Of a stretch of 64,000 bases of DNA, positions 50,881 through 63,831 are shown in pieces. The notes beneath the pieces were generated by a model that did no database searches, was not told where the DNA came from, and saw nothing but the letters and a program-made list of their open reading frames with translations. Origin of the DNA: Octopus bimaculoides (Eukaryota); the NCBI RefSeq assembly GCF_001194135.2, contig NC_068981.1, positions 24,634,836-24,698,835 of the forward strand, written 5' to 3'. The position numbers were made by a program, and so were the translations under genes. Numbering within the stretch: position 1 is the first letter of the stretch; each line of letters starts with the position of its first letter.

Positions 50881-51066
50881 ACTTTTTTTTTCTTTCAAGG
50901 AAGGGATCTCTTATTTGGTGTGTCTTTGAAGGGATACAAAGTCCATGGACAACTTGTTTCCTCTGTCAGACTTCAGACAAATGCAAATGTAAAAACAGAC
51001 ACACACACACACAAAGGAAAAACATATGCACACACACACGGAAACACAAATACTCATACATACATA

Positions 51067-51169
51067 CATCATCATCATCATCATCGTTTATCGTCCGCTT
51101 TCCATGCTAGCATGGGTTGGACGATTTGACTGAGGACTGGTGAAACCGGATGGCAACACCAGGCTCCAA
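51067..51169 (-). mobile_element. Short family C fragment
   Basis: Ends at CACCAGGCTCCAA, like the fragment at 3462-3568. Confidence 0.85.
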
Positions 51170-51210
51170 GCATATTTAAGTACATATATATGTGTGTGTG
51201 TGTGTATATA

Positions 51211-51286
<76 letters not shown>

Positions 51287-51846
51287 TATATATATGCATA
51301 TACATATATTTATATGTACATATATGTATATACTTATGCAAGTACATATCTATATTTATATGCATGTATATGTACATATACATATACATATATATATGTG
51401 TCCTTATATGTATATACACAGACATGTATATACATGCACATGTACATAAACTCAGAGATACATACATATCCTTTTATACAAGCACACATGTATGTTTATG
51501 CACACACATAATACTAGTCCTGTGTCCCCCACCCCCACCCCCGCCATCCAACATACGCATACTTGCATAAATATCTGACACTTCTGCCCCCGCCCCTGCT
51601 GCCCTCCTTCCGTAGATATGTGAACATATATTATCAAGATAAATAGATAGAATGGTAAGTGGATGAGGGTTGTGCTTTGCAACTTGTGGAATTTCCTTCT
51701 CCCCTGAGAAATTTTAGAAAGTGTTTTTGCTTTATTAAAATCAACTCTAAGCTCAACAATCTGGAAGATCTTGTAGATAGATGATGCATTCGAAGGTCCT
51801 ATAAAATATATTTTTATGTGAGACTCTGTAGCTCTGTGTGTGTGGA

Positions 51847-52082
51847 CATAAATTTTTATATATATATATGAAAGATATTTCTATTAAGTATCTATATATA
51901 GACATATATATATATGTATATGTAGAAGCATGTATTTATATGAATGTGTGTGTGTGTGTGTGTAGGCATAGATTTTTATATATATGAAAGATATTTCTAG
52001 ATATATATTAAGCATCTATATATAGACATATATATATCTATATGTAGAAGTGTGTATTTATATGAATGTGTGTGTGTGTGTA
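51847..52082. repeat. ~120-bp tandem duplication in AT-rich sequence
   Basis: Units start at 51847 and 51967 (CATA(A/G)ATTTTTA...GAAAGATATTTCTA...GTAGAAG). Confidence 0.8.
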
Positions 52083-52118
52083 TGTGAGTTTGTGTGTATA
52101 TGTATATGTGTAATACGC

Positions 52119-52278
52119 ATCATCATCATCATCGTCGTTTAACATCCGCTTTCCATGCTAGCATGGGTTGGACGATTTGACTGAGGACTGGTGAAACCAG
52201 ATGGCTACACCAGGCTCCAATCTGATTTGGCAGAGTTTCTACAGCTGGATGCCCTTCCTAATGCCAACCACTCAGAGA
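52119..52278 (-). mobile_element. 5'-truncated family C copy
   Basis: Ends at CCAACCACTCAGAG. Confidence 0.85.
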
Positions 52279-53146
52279 TATTTATATACATCTGTATATA
52301 TGTGTACATATATGTATATGTGTCACCATCATTGTCATATATCTGACTATTTCCATGTGTGTGTGTGTGAGAGAGAGGGTGGTGCTCAGAAAAGAAAGGC
52401 CTGGCTGCAGTGGTTAGTGTCAGAATAGGGAGGAGGTAGATATCATGGGGTAGGTAGTTAAAGGTAAAAAGAAGATCAAGTTGAGAGTGCTTGGGTTGAG
52501 GTGCCTCTGAAAGAGAAGAAACTGGTGTCGCAGTGGTAGAATTGTTAGTACTTCACTCAAAAAGCTCAACAGCATTTCATCCATCATTAACCATCTGAGT
52601 TCAAATTCCGCTGAAGTCCTGGGGCTATATATATAACATCAACTATGAAAGCTTGTTCTGTGTATGTCTGTTTTTGTGTTCTTATTTGTCTCCTATCTGC
52701 ATCCCTTGACAACTGTTGTTGGTTTGTTTACATCCTTATAATTTAGCAGTCTTGCAAAAGAGATGGCGAGAATTAAGTGACAAGGTTGAAAAAAATATAG
52801 GTACTGAAGTTGATTGTTTAAATAATTGCTTCTGGATGGTGCCCCTGCATGGCTGCTGTCCAATGACTTGTATCACAGAACCAGGGTCAGTCTAAGACTG
52901 GTTGGTTTGCTATGAAGAGGGCTAACATCAATTTCTAGCCTCTTTGGTGTCTCAAATGAGGTTAACTTGGTTATGAGTATTCAGGGCAGGATTTTTGGTC
53001 TGAGGGCACTGGGATTTTCTCCTTCCCTTGCCATTGGCCTTGGAGACAGCAAAAGTCATGAGCACTGCTGTTTTTCCTTTGACTGTGCTAAGAAATTAAC
53101 GAAATGAAGAAATACAGCTTTAGATATAAAAAAAAATTAAAAAAAG

Positions 53147-53530
53147 GAGTGGCTGTATGGTAAGTAGCTTGCTTACCAACCACATGGTTCCGGGTTCAGT
53201 CCCACTGCGTGGCACCTTGGGCAAGTGTCTTCTACTATAGCCTCGGGCCGACCAACGCCTTGTGAGTGGATTTGGTAGACGGAAACTGAAAGAAGCCCGT
53301 TGTATATATGTATATATATGTATGTATGTGTGTGTGTATATGTTTGTGTGTCTGTATTTGTCCCCCTAACATCGCTTGACAACCGATGCTGTAACTTAGC
53401 GGTTCGGCAAAAAGAGACTGATAGAATAAGTACTAGGCTTCCAAAAGAATAAGTCCTGGGGTAGAGTTGCTTGACTAAAGGCAGTGCTCCAGCATGGCCA
53501 CAGTCAAATGACTGAAATAAGTAAAAGAGA
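53147..53530 (+). mobile_element. SINE-A
   Basis: Head to tail. Confidence 0.9.
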
Positions 53531-54479
53531 AAAGAAAGAGGAAAGAAAGGACACACTGAGTAATGAAAATAAGGTGTGATGGTCATGGTTGAATGTTTTC
53601 ATCATAAATTGGGCTGGTCAAAGCCTACCTGGGGTTAAATAGCAAAAGGGATAACAACAGTATTTCATCTGAAAAATATACATGGAAAAGAAAAAAAAAG
53701 AAACAGGAGAGAGAGAGGGTAGGGGTGGGAGGATGGAAGATGGGGAAAGCTTTGCTTAATTCCTGGTAATGTTTGGTTTATTATTGTTAAGATCTATGTA
53801 TCCACACACATACATGTATATACTTCTGCTTACATGCATATACAGAGGTGTACACACTGACACACACATTTTAACAAGGGAGTCCCATCTGGTCCAAGCA
53901 AAACATTATGGCTCACATGTAAATGTATTACGTATGTATAAGCATACGTACCAACTAAAAGTAATGTGTGTAGCTACATTTCAAGATGTGTGCGTCCACA
54001 CCTAGCTTCTCTTCCCATTTCCATTCATTCATTCATTCATTCATTCATTCATCTCGTTCATTCAGTCATTCACTCCTTCATTCATTTTTCTTACTTTCCT
54101 TCTTTTGTTTTCTTTCTTATTCGTTGCCTTTCCAGTACAAAGTCTATCAGCGGGTGAGAGCTTTTAATTGACTCCATCAGAGCCTAGATTTTTAGCCTGC
54201 TGCGAAAATGAGTCAGTGTTTTCCATCATCTGCATTTTAGTGAGATAAAGGTTGGGCTTTGCAGTTGCATATGCATGCACACACAGCTACACACATACAC
54301 ACACACTCTCATACATAAAGATGTACATTCACTCATGCACATGTACAAATATATACATACATGCAGACCACAACACATACATGCATATACACAAATACAC
54401 ATAGATGGGGAAAGGCATGCACTTACAGACAAACACACAAAAATGAAACATTTGCATAAAAATCAATTTTCGTTATGGT

Positions 54480-54480
54480 C

Positions 54481-54553
<73 letters not shown>

Positions 54554-54555
54554 GT
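54480..54555. repeat. (TAT)n microsatellite
   Basis: Directly visible. Confidence 0.95.
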
Positions 54556-54753
54556 ATTTTGGATTGGTTCTTAGCTCTTAATTCATAGTATTGATGAGAG
54601 GCAAATTTACCCCTAGATAAGATGTTGGTTAATTTTGACTGAAATTCCCAGGTGATCTGGCAGCTATTCTTGAAAATATGCGATGTATAATATGGTGTTC
54701 TTGCTGAGAAATGCTACAGAACACCTGCAATGGATTTGAACTCAGGAATTACG

Positions 54754-55136
54754 TCATCATTATTATCATCACCATTATTGTTTTAATGTTCGCTTTTCTA
54801 TGCTTGCCAGATGAAGCATTTTGAAGCAAATTTTCTGTGGCCAGATGCCCTTCCTGTTCCCAACTGTCTTCTGTTTGCAAGCAAGGTAATATTTCCCCCC
54901 ATTGTTGGACCATGTTTCTGAAGAATATTGGAAATGAATGATGCCTTCATGCAAGTAGTATGCTTTTGTTTCCAGTCTTCCATGGAAACATGTCTGGTCA
55001 TGGAGAAATATTACTTTATTTGGAAATAGATGAAGGTTTGCAACAGGAAAGGCATCTACTCATAGAAAACTTCACCTCAACAAGTTCCATCAGACCTGTG
55101 GAAATATGGAAAAATGGACATTAAAGCAGTGATGAC
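54754..55136. mobile_element. Two abutting inverted family G copies
   Basis: - copy 54754-54955 and + copy 54961-55136 share the GTAATATTT...CATGTTTC block in opposite orientation. Confidence 0.65.
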
Positions 55137-56292
55137 ATACAAGGGGGTTCCTGAAAAGTTCCTGGCTGTAAAGGGCACTATGAAAGGCCTGGTTGAAAGC
55201 CCTTAGAATTGCATTAAGGATACATAACTCTGTGGAATGCTATTCAACCACTTACACAAAATGTCAATGGACGGGTAATTCAGCTGATGGTAAAACACTG
55301 AATCTTCATTGTCAAATGACGGAGATCCGTCAATCCATCAATCAATGGTATTATATAGTATTAGCTAATTCTCGAACATTAATGAGTAGGGATTTAGCTA
55401 TGGAGAAGCATAATATATAACAATGTCAAATTGTGTGAAATGTGGAGTTAATTTTATTAATAATATTGTTAAATTAATTAATGAACGTGTTGCTATTGTT
55501 CCCTTGCCAGAAGTTAATTTGGTTTCCTAATGTTGTTATTAATGTTACTTGAAATTTTCTTTCTAATTAATCTGATTTCGGATTTAGCAGAATTAATTAA
55601 TCTACTTCTAGGGTTAGAGGCAAAGTTCTCTTTATGGGCCTTAAGTGTTATATACACACACACACACACACTCTCTCTCTCTCTCTCTCTCTCACACACA
55701 CTAAGTGATAGCTACAACCCCTTACACAGACACACACATGCATATATCTATATATATAGCCCACCACCACCACCATCATCATCGTCATCATTTGCTTGTT
55801 TTATAGGTCGGATAGCTTATCACACTCTGTACTGTCTTGCACACACAAGAAAGGAAAACAGTTCTTTTTGGTGTTATGTATGCCATACAGTTTAGAGTAG
55901 TTATATCTATCTACCCTGCCACCAATAACTAGAGAAGATGTCACATATAAGAGGGACTAAACATTAATTTTTTTTTCCCTCCCTACACTTGTTCTTATTT
56001 GCAGTTACTACTCACCTACCCTTGCCCTATGGTTTAAATTTTTCTCAATTCCTAAATTACATCTCAACATCCAGAGCAAACACAATCATGATGCCACGAA
56101 ATTACAAGGAAAGAAGTTCCTTGAATTATTTTGAAGCATACGAGTTTTCCAAACTCTGGTTAGTAATTACAGCATAACTAAGTTCTCTTTTCTTATGGGG
56201 TACATAGATGTTCAAAATATTTATAAAACTTAAAAAAGAAAAAACAAAAACAAAAAAAGTTGTACCAAGCTTCCCTGAAGCAATATGAGGTA

Positions 56293-56682
56293 CTCTTACT
56301 CTTTTACTTGTTTCAGTCATTTGACTGCAGCCATGCTGGAGCACCGCCTTTAGTCAAAGAAATCGACCCCAGGACTTATTCTTTGTAAGCCTAGTACTTA
56401 TTCTATCGGTCTCTTTTGTCAAACCGCTAAGTTACGGGGACGTAAACACACGAGCATTGGTTGTCAAGCGATGTTGGGGGGGGGGGACAAACACAAACAC
56501 ACACACACACATATACATACATATATATGACAGGCTTCTTTCAGTTTCCGTCTACCAAATCCACTCACAAGGCTTTGGTCAACCCAAGGCTATAGTAGAA
56601 GACACTTGCCCTAGGTGCCACGCAGTGGGACTGAACCCAGAACCTTGTGGTTGGTAAGCAAGTGACTTACCACACAACCACT
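56293..56682 (-). mobile_element. SINE-A
   Basis: Tail to head. Confidence 0.9.
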
Positions 56683-56846
56683 TTATAATTTATTAGTTTC
56701 TTTTGCCTATTCTTAGTTTATGCATGTCTATGCAAATATAGTATGGGTATATCCCATTTATGTTCATTAGAAATTAAATAAAGAATTTTGACATGTACGA
56801 ATATTTATTTCCCCCCACTGTATATATATGTATATATATATATGTG

Positions 56847-56879
<33 letters not shown>

Positions 56880-56992
56880 GTGTATATGTATATATGTGTA
56901 TATGTATATATATGTGTATATGTGTGTATGTATATATATATATATATATATATGTATATAAATATATGTCTATATATATGTGTACATATATA

Positions 56993-57054
<62 letters not shown>

Positions 57055-57055
<1 letters not shown>

Positions 57056-58290
57056 TCAACCACTCAAATGTGGAAGTGATATATCTCAACGTTGCAAAGG
57101 CGTTTGATAAAGACGATCATGGAATGAAATATCACAAACTGTATGATCTTGTCATTGTCGGGGAACTTGGGAGAATGGCTGCATGTCTTTCAGAAGTATA
57201 GAAATCAGGTGGTAGTAGCCAATGGGACCACCTCCAATGACACGCAAATAGTGAGCGATGCTCTGCAAGGCACTGTTTTGTGATCACCACTGCGCATAGT
57301 GGCCCTCTCAGATATGCCCTGAGGCACACAGAGATCCACAATCACAAATTATGCAGATGATACAAAGTCTCACAGGTGATACAAAACCCTGAGGACACTA
57401 TGCACCTGCAATGTGAGGTGGATGAAATATGCAAGTGGGCTGAAAAGAATAGCATGCAATATAATACTGAAAAGTTTCAAGCCTTGTGCTATCAGCATGC
57501 AAAACTAAATGCAATTCTAATTAAATACACTGAACCCAGAGGGATTGCAATCCCAAAGACACAGTCAGTGTGAGACCTAGGCATTTACGTGAGTCATGAT
57601 GCATCCTTCCATGTGCATGTTGCTAAATGGGCAATGAAATGCAGGCAGCTGACTGGATGGATTCTTAGAACTTTTAGAACAAGAGATCGGGAAACCATAA
57701 TGGCCACTTTGACTATTGCTCCCAGCTATGGTCACCAACCAGTGTAAATCAATTTTAGAACAATGACGTTACACGAAGAAGATAGCCTCTATGCAGCGTA
57801 TAAGCTACTGGAAAAGACTCAAGATTAAGGCTCTATTCCATAGAGTGCAGGCGAGTAAGATATGCCATAATATACATCTGTAAGATCCTAGAAGGACTTG
57901 TCCCAAACTTTGGCATCAAGAGTTATGCTAGTACTAGAACAGGGTGCCACTGCATAGTGCAAAGGACTCTCAATTTGCCATCAGTATATAGGACAAGATA
58001 TTGCAACAGCCTGGGCTTTAGGAGACCACAGCTCTTCGATATCCTCTCCTGAAGGACCTGAGAGACCTACATGGGGTGGATGTAGATGTTTTCAAAACAA
58101 AACTGGACCTCTTACTGTCAAGTGTCCCAGATGAACCTACTTCACAGCAGGAAGTGCAGATGAGGGCAGCTGCATCAAACTCCCTCATGCACCAAATGTC
58201 AATTTCTAAAAAGAATTGGTGAAGTAAAATTATGGAGCAACACCAAATGGCACTGCTTCAACATGGCCACAACTCATGAGCTGAACCTAG
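57055..58290 (+). pseudogene. 5'-truncated, decayed CR1-like LINE (RT to 3' end)
   Basis: [67 protein letters not shown] and SNSLMHQ occur in the expected order, with stops and frameshifts. Confidence 0.88.
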
Positions 58291-58319
58291 ATCAAATCAT
58301 GTATATATATGTGTGTGTG

Positions 58320-58350
<31 letters not shown>

Positions 58351-58388
58351 GCTCGCGGTCATAGGATTGCGGTTTCGATTCCCAGACC

Positions 58389-58757
58389 GGGCGTTGTGNN
58401 NNNNNNNNTATGCTCGCGGTCATAGGATTGCGGTTTCGATTCCCAGACCGGGCGTTGTGAGTGTTTATTGAGCGAAAACACCTAAAGCACCACGAGGCTC
58501 CGGCAGTGGGGTGGATGACGAACCCAGCTGTACTCTTTCACCACAACTTTCTCTCAGTCTTACTTCCTGTTTCTGTTGTGCCTGTAATTCAAAGGGTCAG
58601 CCTTGTCACACTGTGTCACGCTGAATATCTCCGAGAACTACGTTAAGGGTACACGTGTCTGTGGAGTGCTCAGCCACTTGCACGTTAATTTCACGAGCAG
58701 GCTGTTCCGTTGATCGGATCAAGTGGAACCCTCGACGTCGTAAGCGACGGAGTGCCA
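58389..58757 (+). mobile_element. SINE-B (partial head) with (CAA)n tail
   Basis: Matches B copies; the head fragment is duplicated at 58332-58378 across a 10-N gap. Confidence 0.88.
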
Positions 58758-58762
58758 ACAAC

Positions 58763-58802
<40 letters not shown>

Positions 58803-59214
58803 NNNNNNNNNNNNNNNNNNNNNNNNNNNNNNNNNNNNNNNNNNNNNNNNNNNNNNNNNNNNNNNNNNNNNNNNNNNNNNNNNNNNNNNNNNNNNNNNNN
58901 NNNNNNNNNNNNNNNNNNNNNNNNNNNNNNNNNNNNNAGGACCATAAACAGGAAAAACAAACAAAAAAACAAAAGTCATAGAAATAGAGCTTGTCTTGTA
59001 AGAATTGTTGTTTTTTGTAAATATTCTTCCATCTAACTACTTCTATGACTTTTGTTTTTTTGTTTGTTTTTCCTGTTTATGGTCCTTAGTTGGGAAAGGG
59101 GTTGTGCTCATGGTTATTTTCAGGTTCTTCGTGACTGGTGGGAGGGAAAGAGAGAGAAACTTGTCTTCAAACGAGAGACAGCCTGAATACATTTGACAGA
59201 ATGGTCATCATTAT

Positions 59215-59605
59215 CTTTTTACTTGCTTCAAACATCAGACTATAGCCATGTTGGGGCACCACCTTGAATAATTTTAGTCAAACGAATCTACTGCCAGGAC
59301 TTGTTTTTGTGTTGTTTTCCCCTTTTTTTTTTAAAGCCTGGTACTTATTCTACTGGTCTCCTTTGCTGAGCTGTAAAGTTACGGGGACGTAAACACGCCA
59401 ACACCGGTTGTCAAGCAATGAATGGGGGCAAACACACGCACACAAACGACGGGCTTCATTTAGTTTCTATCTACCAAATCCACCCACAATGTTTTGGTCA
59501 GCCTGGGGCTAGAGTAGAAGACACCCAAGTTGCCACGCACTGGGACTGAACCTGGAACCATGTGGTTGAGAAGTAAACTTCTTAACCACACAACCACGCC
59601 CGTGC
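59215..59605 (-). mobile_element. Diverged SINE-A-like copy
   Basis: GGTACTTATTCTACTGGTCTC...GGGACTGAACCTGGAACCATGTGG...CCACACAACCACGCC. Confidence 0.7.
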
Positions 59606-60199
59606 CTGTGTGTGAGTGAAAGACCAGATATTTAGCGTTAAACCATGCAATGTATTAAGTTTATCTCTCATGTAGGTCACTGGGGGATTTGAACTCCAGA
59701 CTGCAATGGGCTGGAACAAGTACCGCAAAACACTACACCCCGTCCGAAACATTCAACGATTTCTCCTGCCCACTTTCACGAAGTTGCCCCCCCCCCCCCA
59801 AGAATAAAAGGTAACAGTGACCCGGGCGTGATTTGAACTCTGAAAGCAAGGAACCATAATATATACCCGTAAGGCGTCGCTGCCTCGTTGCACGGAGTAG
59901 TTTGCTTTTAATCGCGTTTTTTGTTCCTCGTATTTTCATGAAACGGAAACCTTCGACAGTCACACACGCGCGCACACCTTTATAAAATATAATAATAATG
60001 ATAACCCCTCCTCCCCCCAGCTCGTCATGTGTACGGTAGCGGATTGTTACTATTTTATTAAAGTACTGCAGCACTATCCCCTCGCTTTGCCCCTCCTGTG
60101 TGTAGGCAAGCATTCTTAAACGTTTCCTTAAGTCCCGCCATCATACCCACTCTGCTTGGTATTCATTCATTAGTTTGCCTTCTCATGTCGTTCATTAGT

Positions 60200-60300
60200 T
60201 TTCTATTGGCAAATGTCAGCCGGCTTGGTTCCTATGGCAACTGCCCTATCAAGAAAGCGGTCACCTGACCTGCACTCTGATAACAGGTCACTTCCGTGAA
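60200..60300. promoter_or_regulatory. Candidate cis-regulatory cluster with RFX X-box-like site
   Basis: GTTCCTATGGCAAC (60228-60241), ATTGG (60205), GGTCACCTGACC (60259-60270), TGATAA (60278), AGGTCA (60285) and CACTTCCGT (60289) in unique, relatively CpG-containing DNA. Motif matches only. Confidence 0.35.
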
Positions 60301-60463
60301 CCCACACAAACACGCACGAAACTCACGCATGCACGCACGCACGAATGCATGCGCGCACTTACTCAATCGCGCTGTTCCCGCTCTCTCTCTCTCTCTCTCT
60401 TTCTTTCACACAAACATGCACTGAAGCTTGTGTATTTTTCTCTTGATCACATGAATGCATTTT

Positions 60464-60513
<50 letters not shown>

Positions 60514-61029
60514 TCGTTTCATAAATACACTCCCTTCTCGTACAAATTACACCCTCCTAACACCCTTTCTCATACATACACACACACACTTTTTCCCCTG
60601 GATCACATGAATGGTTTGTCGTAGCTTCAAATGCACATGCACATTCATACTGAAACATGCGTTGTTTCATAAATACATGTCCCTGCTCTCACACACGTAC
60701 ACTCCTTTCGTTTTCTTCTTTTTTTTTTTAACACACTGTAACATGAATATGCATAAACATAATATTCCAAACGCCTAAACTCTCTCACTCGCACAGATAA
60801 TACACCGACTTTAGGTACATGTTACACACGCACGTACTATCATTACTGTTTCTCTTTCAAAACACACATACATACACATACACCTTTCTTTTTTGCTTTC
60901 TTTAATATGATGTTCATTTTCACACATGTTATTTACACACATTCGCACACACACACGCATTTATACACCCCCCTTGCATATTTGTTCTTTCTTTCAAAAG
61001 TACCTACACACATACACACGCATATCTGT

Positions 61030-61074
<45 letters not shown>

Positions 61075-61965
61075 NNNNNNNNNNNNNNNNNNNNNNNNNN
61101 NNNNNNNNNNNNNNNNNNNNNNNNNNNNNNNNNNNNNNNNNNNNNNNNNNNNNNNNNNNNNNNNNNNNNNNNNNNNNNNNNATATGCGTGTGCGCGCAAT
61201 GGTACTCAAATTATTGTACCGACTGTTTGTCTCATCATTCCCCCCCTTTCTCTCCCCTCACATATGCACTCGTAAATAACACACACACACACACACACTC
61301 TCTCTCTCTCTCTCTCCATTTTCAAGTCCTAACAGTTTCACACATAAACATTAGCACACACACACACACCCTTATTTCGTTTATCACATACACCCATCCA
61401 CACACACGTACTCAACATAAAAATCCTCATGCCCGCTCCCACCACACATCATTCTCTTCTGTATCTCCTACCCCTTTACAAACACACACACACTCTCTCT
61501 TTCTCCTTATTTCTCTACTTCTCCTCCTCCTCCTCCTCCTCATACCAATCTTCTACACAGCCTTGCTTCCTCATCTCCTCCTCACCCCAGGGAAGAAATT
61601 TCTCTGCTGTAGCTACGATAACCCAATTCCTCTAAAACCTGCAGCGTTCGGCACTGGTTGGTTATATATGATGGATGCCTTCTTTCTTTTACATCCCTCC
61701 TTCCAAATCTCAAGTCCACATAACCCCCTCCTCCTCCTCTCTCTTTTTCTCTGTATCTCTCTCTTGAATCTACCCTATTATACACTCTCTTCGGCAAATT
61801 CTTTCCATTTTCTTCATTCTTCCTCTTACTTTCACCATTAAGCTTCTTTCCTTTTTCTTTATCACCACATTGTTTTCGTGCCTTTTCTCTTTTGCCCTCT
61901 TCTTTTACAGGAATTCTTACCGTCATCTCTCTCTCTCTCTGTCACATTCTATCTATCTATCTTAT

Positions 61966-62155
61966 TTCTTTATTGCCCACAAGAGGCTAAACATAGAGGG
62001 GACAAACAAATGGATTAAGTCGATTACATCGACTCCAGTGCGTAACTGGTACTTAATTTATCGACCCCGAAAGGATGAAAGGCAAAGTCGACCTCGGCGG
62101 AATTTGAACTCAGAACGTACGCCTGGCGTGCTAGCGTTTCTGACAGCTCGCCGCC
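61966..62155 (-). mobile_element. SINE-E variant with alternative tail
   Basis: E head and core, but tail ...TTTGTCCCCTCTATGTTTAGCCTCTTGTGGGCAATAAAGA instead of the 13520-type tail. Confidence 0.8.
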
Positions 62156-62168
62156 TTATTTATCTATC

Positions 62169-62251
<83 letters not shown>

Positions 62252-63737
62252 CTATCCACACACACACACACACACAAACGGAATCATCCTTCCAACTACT
62301 ATAGATTCTTACCATCCCACATTCGTATATCTTTTATCATAATCCTCCTGCCAATATTCAGTCTTTGCCTTTCCCCCACCCCCAATCTCTATCTCCCTCA
62401 CACACTTAACTAAATCTTACCTTGCCTGCCTTCACCTCCACCTCCATCACTGTTATTTCTCCGTTTTGTCCACCCAGAATCGTTTAAATTTCTAAACCAT
62501 ATTTCACTACTCGTACAAAGTTATTTACTTTATGTTCCTTTCTCTTTACCTTATTGTCTTCTCTCTCTCTCTCTCTTCTCCCCCTATTCTTTATTCTACT
62601 CTCGTTGCTTTACCTCCTTCTACTCCCTTCTGTTCTTCCCCACTCAACCATATCTTTTCCCCCCTCTCACTTGTCCTTCTCTTCTCTTCTTCTCCTCCCA
62701 CTTTCACTCACTCGACCGTGCCCTTCCTTCCTTCCTTTCACTCGACCGTATTTTTCCCATATCTCACTCGAACCTTTACTCCTTCCCTCTCACTCAACTC
62801 TGCCTCCTTTTCCCTGTACTGAAAACCCTCCGTTTCCCTACTGTCAAACGGATCCTGATTTCCTCCTCTTTCCTCTTGCAACCCTATTTGTTCCCCACCA
62901 CCACCACCACCCTCCGCGTCAATCTTCTCCGACTTTCTCTTCTCTCTCCCAACCATATTTTACTTATCTCAACTCTGACTTTTCCGCTCTCTATTTTACT
63001 CTGTCCCGTCTTTTCCCTTCTATCTCTTGGCGAGTAGTGGTGGTGGTGGGAACCTTATCCTTTCTATCCCTCCATCATTCTATCCCCTTCTCTTCATACT
63101 TCACACTTTTCACTCTGCTTTCAGTTTCATTCACTTCGTAGTTTTAATCGTATCTCTCTCTCTCTCTTTCTTCTCTTATTTTTCTATCTCACCCTCTCTC
63201 GTGCATTTCTATTTACATGGTATATTAGTTTTCTTTCTCGTTTTCTTCCCAAAATTATTTGTACACACACTCGTGCGCACTTTTCTTCCTTTCTTTATAC
63301 ACACTCATACATAAACATTTATCATCTTTTTCAACACATACTCCTCTCTTCTACACACACACACACACATCTGCGCCTCCAGCCTTACTTGTACATATAT
63401 GCATACGCACGTTTGTATTCGCATTCATACACACTACACACTCTTCACAGGCATGTACCTTTCTCCTATAAATTAAAAGGGAAAAAAATTCTGTTTGTTT
63501 CCCTTGTGACACATTCCAAGGAATGCGAAGAACACATTGCATCTTTTGAATGAGGAGTTTTTAACTGTTTTCTATTAGAGACGAGGAAATATGTTGGTAT
63601 CGAGTTTAAAATAAAATTGCTCGACCAAGACTCGAAACTGTCGCGCGCGCGTGTACTCACACACACATACAACTTTCATGTAGTTTCTGCCATTGTACAG
63701 TACATTTTCACATTTCGTGAATGCCTCTACATCACAA

Positions 63738-63831
63738 TTTTTTTGTCCTTTTCTTTCTTTTTTTTGTCCTTTTCTTTCTTTTTTTTGTCCTTTCCTTTCT
63801 TTTTTTTTGTCCTTTTCTTTCTTTTTTTTTT
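63738..63831. repeat. 4x 21-22-bp T-rich tandem repeat
   Basis: GTCC anchors at 63745, 63766, 63787 and 63809. Confidence 0.9.

Noticed and set aside
55138-55420. Mariner-like TIR TACAAGGGGGTTCCTGAAAAGTTCC
   Set aside because: No partner TIR or transposase similarity found nearby.
58332-58460. Tandem duplication of a SINE-B head
   Set aside because: Identical copies separated by a 10-N gap; most likely an unmerged contig overlap.
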